The notes under the pieces: model-generated | Told to the model about the DNA's origin: nothing | What the model saw: only the letters and a program-made list of their open reading frames with translations | Databases searched by the model: none | Assembly (NCBI GenBank): GCA_044347585.1 | Contig: JBIKUM010000001.1 | Coordinates: 1 to 35,309 of the forward strand | Length of the DNA stretch: 35,309 nucleotides | From: Terrimicrobiaceae bacterium | GTDB taxonomy: Bacteria; Verrucomicrobiota; Verrucomicrobiia; Chthoniobacterales; Terrimicrobiaceae | Direction: 5' to 3' | Position numbers and translations under genes: made by a program | In this document: positions 1-9,251 of the stretch, in pieces | Layout of the letters: the number at the start of each line of letters is the position of its first letter | How positions within the stretch are numbered: the first letter of the stretch is position 1

Positions 1-428
1 TGGTGGCGAGCCTTGTGAATTCAACCTACGGACGCGGTTTCATCGCCGTGCGGGATGACGAGATCGCCGCCGAGGCCATGGGGATCAACACCACAAAATA
101 CAAGGTCGCCGCATTCGTCGTCGGCGCCTTCTTCGCCGGGCTCGCCGGCGGACTCTATGCCCACTTCATCAGCTACATCGCGCCGGAGGGGTTCAATTTC
201 CTGAAATCGGTGGATGTCGTGGTTATGGTTATCCTTGGTGGAATGGGCAGCACGCCGGGCGTTGCTGCTGCAGCAGTTTTGCTGACCCTGCTCAACGAAC
301 TCCTGCGCGATTTCGAACAATACCGGATGATCGTTTTTGCACTCCTGCTCATTGTTTTAATGATCGTGCGTCCACAGGGTCTGCTGGGGAACTTTCAGCG
401 TAAAAAAAGAAAGGCCCCGCAAGGATGA
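1..428 (+). CDS. livM: Branched-chain amino acid ABC transporter permease (LivM-like), C-terminal fragment; the 5' end lies outside the window
   Basis: Track ORF 3..428 is open to the window edge. The segment AVRDDEIAAEAMGINTTKYKVAAFVVGAFFAGLAGGLYA and the hydrophobic C-terminus are typical of LivM permeases. The stop overlaps the next ATG (ATGA at 425-428). Confidence 0.85.
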   Translation, partial: VASLVNSTYGRGFIAVRDDEIAAEAMGINTTKYKVAAFVVGAFFAGLAGGLYAHFISYIAPEGFNFLKSVDVVVMVILGGMGSTPGVAAAAVLLTLLNELLRDFEQYRMIVFALLLIVLMIVRPQGLLGNFQRKKRKAPQG

Positions 429-1201
429 GTGAGTTGTTGAAACTCGAGCGTGTGACCATGCAATTCGGCGGACTTCGGGCGGTCGGGGATCTGGATTTTC
501 ACATCGCGCCGGAAGAAATGGTCGGCCTGATCGGACCGAATGGCGCTGGGAAGACAACGGTTTTCAATATCATCACTGGCGTTTACAAGCCCACGAGCGG
601 CGAGGTGCGCTTCGACGGGGTTTCGCTCCACGATAAGAAAGCCCACCGCATCACGGCGCTTGGTATCGCCCGCACTTTCCAAAACATCCGCCTCTTCAGT
701 TCGCTGACCGTTTTCGACAATGTCCGCACAGCCATGAATGGCCGCCTCCGCCATGGCATCATCCACTCCCTCACCCGCGGCCCTGCATTCCGCGCCGAGG
801 AGGAGCGCATTCGCGGGAAGGTTCTCGACCTTCTGGATATTTTTGGCCTCAAAGAAGACGCCGCACGCCAGGCAAACGACCTTCCCTACGGCGACCGGCG
901 GCGGTTGGAAATCGTGCGCGCCCTCGCCACTGAACCGCGATTGCTCCTGCTCGACGAACCGGCCGCAGGCATGAATCCCACCGAAAAGGTGCGCCTCATG
1001 GAGCTTATCCGCTTTGTTCAGGAAAAATTCCGCATCGCCGTGCTTTTGGTAGAACACGACATGCGCGTCGTGATGGGTGTTTGCCAGCGCATCGTTGTCC
1101 TCGACCATGGCCAGAAAATCGCCGAAGGCACGCCGGAAGCGATCCAACGCGATCCAAAGGTCATCGAAGCCTATCTCGGAGAGGAGACACACCATGCTTG
1201 A
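425..1201 (+). CDS. livG: Branched-chain amino acid ABC transporter ATP-binding protein LivG
   Basis: 258 aa. Walker A GPNGAGKTT, Walker B LLLLDEPAAG, H-loop VEHDM, C-terminal DPKVIEAYLG. ATG at 425 verified. Confidence 0.9.
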   Translation: MSELLKLERVTMQFGGLRAVGDLDFHIAPEEMVGLIGPNGAGKTTVFNIITGVYKPTSGEVRFDGVSLHDKKAHRITALGIARTFQNIRLFSSLTVFDNVRTAMNGRLRHGIIHSLTRGPAFRAEEERIRGKVLDLLDIFGLKEDAARQANDLPYGDRRRLEIVRALATEPRLLLLDEPAAGMNPTEKVRLMELIRFVQEKFRIAVLLVEHDMRVVMGVCQRIVVLDHGQKIAEGTPEAIQRDPKVIEAYLGEETHHA

Positions 1202-1913
1202 GATTCGGGACCTCCAAGTCAGCTACGGCGGCATCGCCGCGCTGCACGGCATTTCTCTCCAAGTCCCCGCCGGGAGCATCGTCACGCTTATTGGCGGCAA
1301 CGGCGCTGGCAAATCCAGCACTCTTCGCGCGATTTCCGGCATAGCCAAGGTCACAGGCGGCTCGGTTTTCTTCGAGGGACACGATATCACGAACAAACCC
1401 GCCCACGAGATTGTGGCCCTCGGCATCGCGCACTCACCCGAGGGACGCATGGTTTTTTCGAATCTCACCGTTCTTGAGAATTTGCACATGGGGGCCCACC
1501 TTCGGCGCGACCGGAATGCCGTCGCCTCCGACCTGGATCGCATATTTACTCTCTTCCCGAGGTTAAAGGAACGCCTCCAGCAGGCCGCCGGAACACTCAG
1601 CGGCGGTGAACAGCAGATGCTCGCCATTGCGCGCGCGCTGATGTCGAAGCCGAAATGCCTGCTCCTCGACGAACCCTCGCTTGGCATCGCTCCGCTCCTC
1701 GTCCAAACCATTTTTTCCCGCATTGTGGAAATCAACCGCGAGCTGGGCCTGACCATCCTCTTGGTGGAACAAAACGCCAACCTCGCCCTGCGCATCGCCA
1801 GCCACGGCTATGTTCTGGAGACGGGCCGCGTCATCCTTCAGGACACCGCAGAAAACTTGCGCTCAAACCCCGCCGTCCGCTCCGCCTACCTTGGCGAATC
1901 CCTGCAGTCATAG
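1194..1913 (+). CDS. livF: Branched-chain amino acid ABC transporter ATP-binding protein LivF
   Basis: Track ORF 1077..1913 trimmed to ATG 1194 (MLEIRDLQVSYGG), which overlaps livG by 8 nt. Walker A GGNGAGKSS, signature LSGGEQQML, Walker B LLLDEPSLG. Confidence 0.9.
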   Translation: MLEIRDLQVSYGGIAALHGISLQVPAGSIVTLIGGNGAGKSSTLRAISGIAKVTGGSVFFEGHDITNKPAHEIVALGIAHSPEGRMVFSNLTVLENLHMGAHLRRDRNAVASDLDRIFTLFPRLKERLQQAAGTLSGGEQQMLAIARALMSKPKCLLLDEPSLGIAPLLVQTIFSRIVEINRELGLTILLVEQNANLALRIASHGYVLETGRVILQDTAENLRSNPAVRSAYLGESLQS

Positions 1914-1923
1914 GGCGCATTCC

Positions 1924-3027
1924 CTATTCCCGGTCAAACACCGCAGGGAGAAGCAGTTGCCACATGGGCCTGCGTCGCAGAATGACATCGGCATCCACCG
2001 TGGAACCAATCGCCAAAGCTACGGGGGATTCTGTGACATCCACCGTTGCTTCGTAACGCCGCACGCCGCCGGGAACACTTTCCGGAAACGAAGGCTCGGT
2101 GGAAACATTGCGCAGGATTCCATGGGCGTGACCGTATTTGAACCATGGGATCGAGAGGGGACGCATGATGACCTCCTGACCAGCGGCGACTCGGATGATC
2201 TTTTCCTCGGCGAGGAAGATTTTGACGCGGTTCGCCGGTCCTCGCGAGATGTGGGCGAGTTTTTCACCGGCGTCCACGGACATCCCCGGGCGCCGTTTCT
2301 CGACGAGAGTGATGATTCCATCCTCCGGCGCCCGAATGAGGCAGCGCTCGACCATGGCGGCCGCATTGTCCCTCTCGACTTTCCAGCGGCCGACGACGGC
2401 TTTGGCAGCGGCGGTCTCTGCTTCGGCTTCGGCTATGACTTGTTCGCGGTAGCCACGGCTGAGGACATCGAGCTTTTCCTGAATTTTCTCCACTTCACCC
2501 CGTGATACTTCGCGCTGGGCGAGCGAGCGGTCGTAGTCCTGCCGGCTCGCGCCACCGGTTTTGGAGAGCGTTTCGTAGCGATCGCATTCTCGCTCCGCGA
2601 GGGCGAGGCGCTCGTTCGCCTGCTTGAGTTCCTCGGGCACATGCCAGAATTCCTTTGGCAACGGCAGTCCGCTCGTCTTTTGGAGTTGGGCCTCTTTCAA
2701 GCGAAGCGTGGCCTCGGCCTCCGCCAGCGAGGCTGCGGCGGAAGCCGCCCGCTGAGTGTAAAGAATCGAGTCCAACTCAAACAGAATATCCCCCTTTTTG
2801 ACGGCAGTGCCCTCCGGACAACGAATCGCGGCGAGGAGTCCGTCTTGCGGAGAAAAAACATGCACATCGTCCTGCGCTCTCACCACACCCGTGGCGGGGA
2901 CTTTTTCATCCACCGGCAGCAACAACACAATCGCGGCAATCAGAGGAACAATCAAAAACGCGGCTATAAAAATGAGAATCCGCATGCGGCGAAGGCGCAC
3001 TTGGATCGATGAGGAAAAGGCGGACAT
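1924..3027 (-). CDS. HlyD-family membrane fusion (periplasmic adaptor) protein
   Basis: Track ORF 1924..3060 trimmed to ATG 3027, 10 nt after the ABC stop. N-terminal TM helix ILIFIAAFLIVPLIAAIVLLL, lipoyl-type hairpin (VKKGDILFELD), a long Ala/Glu/Gln-rich helical stretch and a beta-rich C-terminus. Confidence 0.8.
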   Translation of the reverse strand: MSAFSSSIQVRLRRMRILIFIAAFLIVPLIAAIVLLLPVDEKVPATGVVRAQDDVHVFSPQDGLLAAIRCPEGTAVKKGDILFELDSILYTQRAASAAASLAEAEATLRLKEAQLQKTSGLPLPKEFWHVPEELKQANERLALAERECDRYETLSKTGGASRQDYDRSLAQREVSRGEVEKIQEKLDVLSRGYREQVIAEAEAETAAAKAVVGRWKVERDNAAAMVERCLIRAPEDGIITLVEKRRPGMSVDAGEKLAHISRGPANRVKIFLAEEKIIRVAAGQEVIMRPLSIPWFKYGHAHGILRNVSTEPSFPESVPGGVRRYEATVDVTESPVALAIGSTVDADVILRRRPMWQLLLPAVFDRE

Positions 3028-3037
3028 AGGAAAACCT

Positions 3038-4786
3038 TCAAGCCGCTGCCTGTGCAGCAACGACGGAGAGTTTCTGAAGATTGCGATAAGGACCCTCCAC
3101 TGCCATGAGTTCCTGATGTGTTCCCAACTGCGCGAGGCGGCCGGACTCCATCACGGCGATGCGGTTGGCACGGCGGATGGTGCTAAGGCGGTGGGCAACG
3201 ATGAACACCGTCCGGCCTTCCACAAGAGTGTCGAGGGATTGCTGCACAAGCGCCTCGCTTTCATTGTCGAGTGCGCTGGTGGCTTCGTCGAAAATCAAGA
3301 TCCGAGGGTCTTTCAACAAGCACCGGGCGATGGCGATGCGCTGGCGTTGTCCGCCGGAAAGCGTGGCGCCGCCTTGACCCACCTGCGCTTTGAGCCCGCC
3401 TTCCATCTTGGCGATGAATTCCCACGCATTCGCCAACTCGGCGGCGCGGCGCACCTCGTCCTCGGTCGCATCCGGACGCCCGTAGCGAATATTTTCATCA
3501 ATCGAGCCCGAAAAGAGGAAGTTGTCCTGGAGGACGATGCCGATCTGCTGGCGATAGATACCGTAGTCCAGTGTGCGCAAATCATGGCCATCGATTCGGA
3601 TCGTTCCCGAGGAGGGATCGTAGAAACGGGTGAGAAGGCTGATGAGAGTGGACTTGCCGCTGCCGCTCGGACCAACGAGGGCGATGATCTCGCCGGCAGG
3701 AACACTCAGGGTGAAGTCGTTCACAGCAACACCTCGGTCGTAGGAAAAATTCACATGGTCGAAATCCACCGCTCCACGAAGAGCAGGCAGTTCGATGGGA
3801 TTCGGTATTTCGGTGATGTTCGGCCGTATGTCGTGAAGGCTGAGAATGCGCTCGAATCCGGTGCGAGCACTGGTGCTGATTTGAATGAGGCTGGAGAGAT
3901 TTTGCAACGGGCCGAAGAGCATCATGAGGTAGCTTGTGAAAGCCACGAATGAGCCGAGCGACATGGCGCCATACATCACATTGCTGCCGCCCCAGAGGAG
4001 CACGGATCCGTAGACAACGGCAAAGATTCCAGCCAGGAAGAGCCACATGCGGGTGCCTAAGAGGGACAACTCCAGCTCGTGGGGAAAATTTTCGCGGATG
4101 CGCTGGATGAAGCGCCTGCGTTCGTGGTCCTCCTGGGCAAAACATTTCACAACCTTGATGCCGGTGAATGTCTCTCCCAGCGTGCCTGCCAAAGCCGACT
4201 GGCGCTCCTGAACATCGTGCGAGCGCGTGTGGAGCCCGCGCCGATACAGGTGGATCACGGCAAAATAAACAGGCAGGCTCGCCGTGCAGAAGAGGGCCAT
4301 TTTCCAATTCAGGAAAAACATGATCGTCATCGCCAGGGCGAGGGAGACCAGGCTGTTTGAAATGGTCGTGAGCGCCGTGGTGATAAACTGCTGCACAGCG
4401 GTGGCATCATGGACGACGCGGTTCACGAGACTCGCCGTGCGCTGGGTTTCGTAAAACGAGAGATGCAGCATCTGAAGGTGGTGGAACAAGGCTCGGCGGA
4501 TGTCGAAGACCACCCGCTGGCCGGTATAAAAGAGCAAGTAGTTGTGACCGTAGCCCACGAGATAGCGAACGCCTTCGAGGATGAGAAAGGCGACCACAAT
4601 GCCAGCGAGGAACGGCACATTGCGGCCGGGAATCGCCTCATCAATGACGAGCTTCATGAAAAGCGGCGCCATTGTTGCAATCGATACCGTAATCAGGTTT
4701 CCAACAGCGGAGACGCCAAGCAGGCCCTTGTAGCGGCGGACATAGCCCCAAAACCGGGCGGCCACAGGCTTCGAACGATCACTCAT
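3038..4786 (-). CDS. Fused TMD-NBD ABC exporter (MsbA/type-1 exporter class), no C39 peptidase domain
   Basis: 582 aa. Hydrophobic N-terminal half, then Walker A GPSGSGKST, signature LSGGQRQRIAIAR, Walker B ILIFDEATSALD, H-loop VAHRLST. ATG 4786 verified. Confidence 0.9.
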   Translation of the reverse strand: MSDRSKPVAARFWGYVRRYKGLLGVSAVGNLITVSIATMAPLFMKLVIDEAIPGRNVPFLAGIVVAFLILEGVRYLVGYGHNYLLFYTGQRVVFDIRRALFHHLQMLHLSFYETQRTASLVNRVVHDATAVQQFITTALTTISNSLVSLALAMTIMFFLNWKMALFCTASLPVYFAVIHLYRRGLHTRSHDVQERQSALAGTLGETFTGIKVVKCFAQEDHERRRFIQRIRENFPHELELSLLGTRMWLFLAGIFAVVYGSVLLWGGSNVMYGAMSLGSFVAFTSYLMMLFGPLQNLSSLIQISTSARTGFERILSLHDIRPNITEIPNPIELPALRGAVDFDHVNFSYDRGVAVNDFTLSVPAGEIIALVGPSGSGKSTLISLLTRFYDPSSGTIRIDGHDLRTLDYGIYRQQIGIVLQDNFLFSGSIDENIRYGRPDATEDEVRRAAELANAWEFIAKMEGGLKAQVGQGGATLSGGQRQRIAIARCLLKDPRILIFDEATSALDNESEALVQQSLDTLVEGRTVFIVAHRLSTIRRANRIAVMESGRLAQLGTHQELMAVEGPYRNLQKLSVVAAQAAA

Positions 4787-4874
4787 CGTGAGTAAAAGAG
4801 GTTCATCTTTGATCTGTGGATCACGATGACAGCACAGGACTTCCTTCCATGCGAATGAAAACTTTGGAGGGGGC

Positions 4875-5519
4875 TCAGGCAGGGTCTTCGATTTTTAAAC
4901 CGGACAGGTCAGGCTGGAACAGGTCGGGTGCGAGCTTCGGATTTTGCTCGATGAGGGTGAATTCCGTGGAGACTTCGCTGCCGTCGCGAAACACCATTTC
5001 AAAAAGGGAGACGGTTCCGGTTGAGGAATCGAAGCGGATGCGCAGGGATTTCATGCCTTCGGCGAGGCGCGGATCCTTGGGACGCAGGAGGAGATCGATC
5101 TGACCGGCGTTATTCTTCAAGGAAACGACTTCAAATCGGCGCTGGAATTCATCGAGCGAGACGGCGAATGGCATCGGCAGTTCCTCAAACACGCGACTCG
5201 CTGCGGAAGAGGCCGAAAGCCTGCGTGCGAGGGACTTTTTGGGTTCGATGACGAGCAAGTCGTTGGGGGATTTCACCACGAGCAGCTCCGCTGGGTCTCC
5301 AACTTGCCAGCGGAAACGGCCCTCGGTGCCGAACCAAACGGTGCCGGATTTTTTCAGCGGGATGCGAAGCGCGGGCAGGCGGCGGGTTTGGATGAAATCC
5401 GCCCGCAGCGAGCGGATGGCAGCTTGTTTGGCAATCCACTCACGGAGGATTTTATCCGTATCCTCGGCATGCAGCGGTGAAACAAGAAGGAGTAAAACAA
5501 GAAGGCGCAGGCGTTTCAT
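4875..5519 (-). CDS. Secreted LolA-like (outer-membrane lipoprotein carrier-like) protein
   Basis: 214 aa. Signal peptide MKRLRLLVLLLLVSPLHA followed by ED. The N-terminal pattern LRADFIQTR...KSGTVWF...RFRW resembles LolA-fold proteins by eye. The ATG overlaps the ligase stop (ATGA at 5516-5519). Confidence 0.65.
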   Translation of the reverse strand: MKRLRLLVLLLLVSPLHAEDTDKILREWIAKQAAIRSLRADFIQTRRLPALRIPLKKSGTVWFGTEGRFRWQVGDPAELLVVKSPNDLLVIEPKKSLARRLSASSAASRVFEELPMPFAVSLDEFQRRFEVVSLKNNAGQIDLLLRPKDPRLAEGMKSLRIRFDSSTGTVSLFEMVFRDGSEVSTEFTLIEQNPKLAPDLFQPDLSGLKIEDPA

Positions 5520-6880
5520 TGGCGTTTGATTTTCCCACTTGGAGTTTGAGGAATGTCGTCCACAAAACGAATCTCGATAGGAACTTTGTGGGCGGACAAC
5601 TCTCGGCGGCAGAGCTTGAGAAGTTCGAGGCGGGGCGGGGCGGGAGCGCCTGCGACCAATACGACCTCCGCAACGGGAACCATGCCGAAATCCGGATGCG
5701 ACCGTGCCACGACGCGACTGAGTTGAACAACAGAGTGGGTGTTGAGAACGGCTTCCACCTCATCGGGGAAAAATTTCATACCTCCAATCGAGATGGCCGT
5801 GCTGGTGCGGCCAAGGAGTGTTATGAAACCTTCGTCGTCGATTTCAGCGATATCGCCAGTGGCAAACCATCCCTCGTCGTCGAGGATTTCAGAGCGTGGT
5901 TGCCAAGGCGACAGATACGCATCAAGGCATCCAGGGCCTCGCAGAAGAAGCTGCGAGTCCTGAAGCTTGGCTTGAAAGGAAACTTGCGGACGGCCGATCG
6001 ATGCGGGTCGCCGTGCTGGTGCGGGGAAATTGAGACACGGCAGGCCTACTTCGATGATGCCGAGCGCTTGTGATGGATATATGCCGAACTTTTTTGAAAA
6101 CCTTTCGGCGGTGGATGCAGCCAAAGGCGCTGTGGTGGAGACGGCGAGCCGCCAGTGAACGGCGTCGGTGGACTCGCAACCGGATAGCATCTCGTAATGA
6201 AAAGGCGCCGCATACAAAACCGTGGCGCCAGCTCGTTTCGAAGCCTCAAGAAGATCACCCGGCAAATTCGACGCCGGGAAAACGATGCCCGCGCCATTCC
6301 AGAGGTAGAGCATGATCGAGACAGCAAAGTGGTGCGACATGGGCAGCACCCAGAGAATGCGGTCAAAGGGCGTGATGCGGAGGCCCTCGTTTGCAGCTGT
6401 GATGCGGTCCAGAAGGGTTTTGTGGGAAAGCGTGATGCCTTTGGCATGGCCAGTGGTGCCGGAAGTGAATCGAATGAAGGCGGGGTCGATTTCAGCAAGG
6501 GGCTTGATCCACTCAGGAGCCGGGGATGAATGGGCTGGCGACTCCAAGAGCACGCTGCCGGATACGGTTTGTTTCACGATGACATCCAAGCGAACCTCTT
6601 CAATCAACCGCTGGCGCTCTGGTGCGGAAAGCTCCGGCGCTATGGGAACAAAGCATCCGCCCGCCCGTAGAATGCCGAGAGCGTGCGCGATGTAATCCGC
6701 CCCATCCGGACATTCCAATCCGACTCGCGGACAAGGCAGGGATTCGATCAGCGGGGGCAGCTGCCGCATGAGACGGGCACTTTTTTCATCGAGGGCGGCG
6801 TAGGTCGTTTCCTGTCCATCTTGGAAAATGGCCACCGCAGCGGGATCGGCTTTTTTGAAAATCTCTTCGGCGATGTTCAT
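5516..6880 (-). CDS. Stand-alone AMP-forming adenylating enzyme (ANL superfamily; acyl/aryl/aminoacyl-carrier or CoA ligase)
   Basis: Track ORF 5516..7135 trimmed to ATG 6880 (MNIAEEIF); the extra 85 codons overlap the upstream gene. Motifs TSGTTGHAKG, ATGD, GRTSTAISIGGMKFFPDEVE and PQTPSGKIKR. Confidence 0.85.
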   Translation of the reverse strand: MNIAEEIFKKADPAAVAIFQDGQETTYAALDEKSARLMRQLPPLIESLPCPRVGLECPDGADYIAHALGILRAGGCFVPIAPELSAPERQRLIEEVRLDVIVKQTVSGSVLLESPAHSSPAPEWIKPLAEIDPAFIRFTSGTTGHAKGITLSHKTLLDRITAANEGLRITPFDRILWVLPMSHHFAVSIMLYLWNGAGIVFPASNLPGDLLEASKRAGATVLYAAPFHYEMLSGCESTDAVHWRLAVSTTAPLAASTAERFSKKFGIYPSQALGIIEVGLPCLNFPAPARRPASIGRPQVSFQAKLQDSQLLLRGPGCLDAYLSPWQPRSEILDDEGWFATGDIAEIDDEGFITLLGRTSTAISIGGMKFFPDEVEAVLNTHSVVQLSRVVARSHPDFGMVPVAEVVLVAGAPAPPRLELLKLCRRELSAHKVPIEIRFVDDIPQTPSGKIKRQ

Positions 6881-6881
6881 C

Positions 6882-8093
6882 TCAAAGTGCGACTGCCGCT
6901 TTGCCTGCCGCCTCCCCCGTGGCGAGACATGTGCCGGTGACGCGGATCGATGCCTGTGCCTCGTGCGTGCAGGAAATGCAACGACCGGCGACGAAGAGAT
7001 TCTCAAAGGTTCGTGAACGCAGGCAATCTGGCGAAATACCAGCGGGACGGTTCTCAACAGGAAACCGGAAGCGCGGACCCTTGGCGTTCTCGCGCAGCTC
7101 AAGTGGCCAACAGGCGAGGGCGGCGAGATTTTCAACTGGCCTTCCTTGGATAATGTCCTCCTCCGTGAGGCACGCCAGACCGCTCACTCGGCGGCTCTCA
7201 CGAATCCCCACCTGCACGGGTGTGCAGCTGATGCGGGCCTTTTCGAACCCCTCGGCGTGAGCCTGCAGATAACGCATGATTTCAAAAGCGAGCTGCCTTC
7301 CACTGCCCTCCACGCGCGTGAGGCACTCCGCTGAGCAGGGATCGTAGGGATCAGCCTGCAGATCGATTGTCGCCCAGACTTCGCTTCGGCTTATCCCGTG
7401 ACGAAAAGCAACGCCTAGCGCTTCGGGGGAGAGATGTTTTGATGCGACAGCGCCGCTTAGGAGATGCGCAAGCCTGAGGCGGGCATCACCAGCGAGAACA
7501 TTTTCGTCGGCGCCGGAAATTCCGAAAATGTAGGCCGGGCGTTGCAGGCGATCGGTTGGCGCACACTCAAAATCAGCACCCGCAAGCGCAGCAGCTTCGG
7601 CATCCCCCGAGGCATCAATGAGGGACTTCACTTCGACTGGAAAAATACTCCCACGCGAATGGAGATGCGCGACTTGGATTTTACCTGCAGCGGCTTCGAT
7701 CCTGTTGAGATCGGTATGGAGAAGAACGGTCAGGTTTTGAGTGCGACGCGTCAGTTCATCCGCCACCGCAGCGAGGGCGGCGGGGTGGTGCGGGAGGACA
7801 TCGAGTTTTCCCATTCGCACCGGGCCGGATGCGGCGCCTGCTTGGATGAGACTCTCGGCAAACTCTCGCGGGAAGCCCTCGTTGCCATAGGCCAGCGGTT
7901 GGGTGTCGTCATTTCTCAGGAGGTAAAGCCCGCAGAGCGTGTGAACAAGCGCATTGGAGGCCATGCCGCCAAGGGCGCTGCGCCTCTCGACGAGGAGCGT
8001 CTTCGCGCCAGTCCGCGCGGCGGACACTGCGGCGGCGATCCCGGCCGTGCCACCGCCCACGACCAGAGTGTCGAATTTTTCCGGGGAACTCAC
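6882..8093 (-). CDS. FAD-dependent oxidoreductase (GidA-like FAD_oxidored type), substrate unknown
   Basis: Dinucleotide fold VVGGGTAGIAAAVSAARTGAKTLLVERR. C-terminal LFVAGRCIS...IRVTGTCLATGEAAGKAA. The track start at 8123 is a TTG inside the ACP gene, whereas GTG 8093 lies 4 nt after the ACP stop. The stop at 6882-6884 is 1 nt from the ligase ATG. Confidence 0.75.
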   Translation of the reverse strand: MSSPEKFDTLVVGGGTAGIAAAVSAARTGAKTLLVERRSALGGMASNALVHTLCGLYLLRNDDTQPLAYGNEGFPREFAESLIQAGAASGPVRMGKLDVLPHHPAALAAVADELTRRTQNLTVLLHTDLNRIEAAAGKIQVAHLHSRGSIFPVEVKSLIDASGDAEAAALAGADFECAPTDRLQRPAYIFGISGADENVLAGDARLRLAHLLSGAVASKHLSPEALGVAFRHGISRSEVWATIDLQADPYDPCSAECLTRVEGSGRQLAFEIMRYLQAHAEGFEKARISCTPVQVGIRESRRVSGLACLTEEDIIQGRPVENLAALACWPLELRENAKGPRFRFPVENRPAGISPDCLRSRTFENLFVAGRCISCTHEAQASIRVTGTCLATGEAAGKAAVAL

Positions 8094-8097
8094 GGAC

Positions 8098-8352
8098 TTA
8101 CTCTGCCGGAATGAGCGCGGCAATTTTTTGCACGCTGGAGAAATTCTCCCTGTTCACCTGCGATACCGGAATGCGGCATCCGAAAGCGGTTTCGACATGG
8201 ATGAGAAGGCGCATGATCGACATCGAATCCAAGCCGGCTTCGAAGAGGTCGTCTGTGCATTTGAAATCCGGTTCGAGCTCGAGAATGTCGGAGGAAAGAA
8301 TGCCGAGGAGGCGGGCCTCTTTTTTTGCGATGGCGTCTGGTGTTTCAGCCAT
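8098..8352 (-). CDS. Acyl/peptidyl carrier protein (phosphopantetheine-binding)
   Basis: Track ORF 8098..8388 trimmed to ATG 8352 (84 aa), 11 nt after the metF stop. Attachment motif EAGLDSMSIMRLL in a small acidic helical protein. Confidence 0.8.
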   Translation of the reverse strand: MAETPDAIAKKEARLLGILSSDILELEPDFKCTDDLFEAGLDSMSIMRLLIHVETAFGCRIPVSQVNRENFSSVQKIAALIPAE

Positions 8353-8363
8353 GGGCGCAGGGT

Positions 8364-9251
8364 TCAGAGAATTCCCAGCCGCTGGCAAATCTCACGCGTG
8401 GCGGTGGATTGATTCAGCGTATAGAGATGGATGCCTGCGACGCCTTGATCGAGCAGGTCGGCGCATTGCTCGGTAGCGTAGTGGAGGCCGATCTGCCGGA
8501 ATGCCTCGCTGGACTCGCCTGCGCGTTGCAGGGCTTTCACAAGCCGCGCGGGAAAACGGGCGCCGCCGGCAAGTTCAGCCATTCGGCGCATCGAAGACTG
8601 GCTGGTCACAGGCATGATGCCCGCAATGATCGGGACATTGATGCCAGCCAACGCACACCGCTCGCGGAAGTCGTAGAAATCGTGGTTGTCGAAAAAAAGC
8701 TGGGTGCAGATGTAATCCGCTCCGGCATCCACCTTCGCCTTGAGGTAGTCCATTTCCAGCAAGCGATTCGGTGTGGCAGGGTGCCCCTCGGGAAACCCCG
8801 CAACCCCAATGCCAAAGCCGCGCGGATCGGGGTGTCCGCTGAAATTTTTCACGAAACGCACCAGATCCACTGCCTGCGGAAATGTGTCCTGCGAATGGTC
8901 GTAGTCCGGCTTGTCACGCGGTGGATCGCCCCGGAGAGCAAGGATATTGCTCACTCCCGCCGCCGCATAACGCTCGAGAATCGCCGAGATCTCTTCGCGT
9001 GTGTGGCCCACACAAGTCAGATGCGGCACCGGGTCCAGCGTCGTGGTGGTCTTCAGCCGAAGAACCAGATCATTCGTGAGTTCGCGGGTCGAACCGCCAG
9101 CGCCGTAGGTTACGCTGACGAAGTTCGGATGGATTTTTTCCAGCTCACGGATTGTGTCGTAGAGAGCGTGCTGTGCCTCGGCGGTCTTCGGTGGGAAAAA
9201 CTCGAACGATACGGTCGGTTTTCCGGGCTTGAGAATGTCGAGGATGTGCAT
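8364..9251 (-). CDS. metF: 5,10-methylenetetrahydrofolate reductase
   Basis: 295 aa. N-terminus SFEFFPPKT, then VTYGAGGSTR and the overall MetF pattern. ATG 9251 verified. Confidence 0.9.
   Translation of the reverse strand: MHILDILKPGKPTVSFEFFPPKTAEAQHALYDTIRELEKIHPNFVSVTYGAGGSTRELTNDLVLRLKTTTTLDPVPHLTCVGHTREEISAILERYAAAGVSNILALRGDPPRDKPDYDHSQDTFPQAVDLVRFVKNFSGHPDPRGFGIGVAGFPEGHPATPNRLLEMDYLKAKVDAGADYICTQLFFDNHDFYDFRERCALAGINVPIIAGIMPVTSQSSMRRMAELAGGARFPARLVKALQRAGESSEAFRQIGLHYATEQCADLLDQGVAGIHLYTLNQSTATREICQRLGIL

Noticed and set aside
1911-1926. Small hairpin ATAGGG-cgcatt-CCCTAT spanning the convergent stop codons of livF and the HlyD-like gene
   Set aside because: It has only a 6-bp stem and no U-tract. 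It could arise by chance from the two stop codons (TAG/CTA), so it is not a credible terminator on sequence alone.
6881-7135. N-terminal extensions of several track ORFs. Examples: the ligase to 7135, HlyD to 3060, nadE to 13985, CPBP to 14683, the GT4 gene to 19855, fabG to 21104, the antitoxin to 10087.
   Set aside because: The extensions overlap the upstream gene, are Arg/Pro/Ser-rich, and some begin at TTG or GTG. An internal ATG placed a few nt after the upstream stop gives a canonical family N-terminus in each case.
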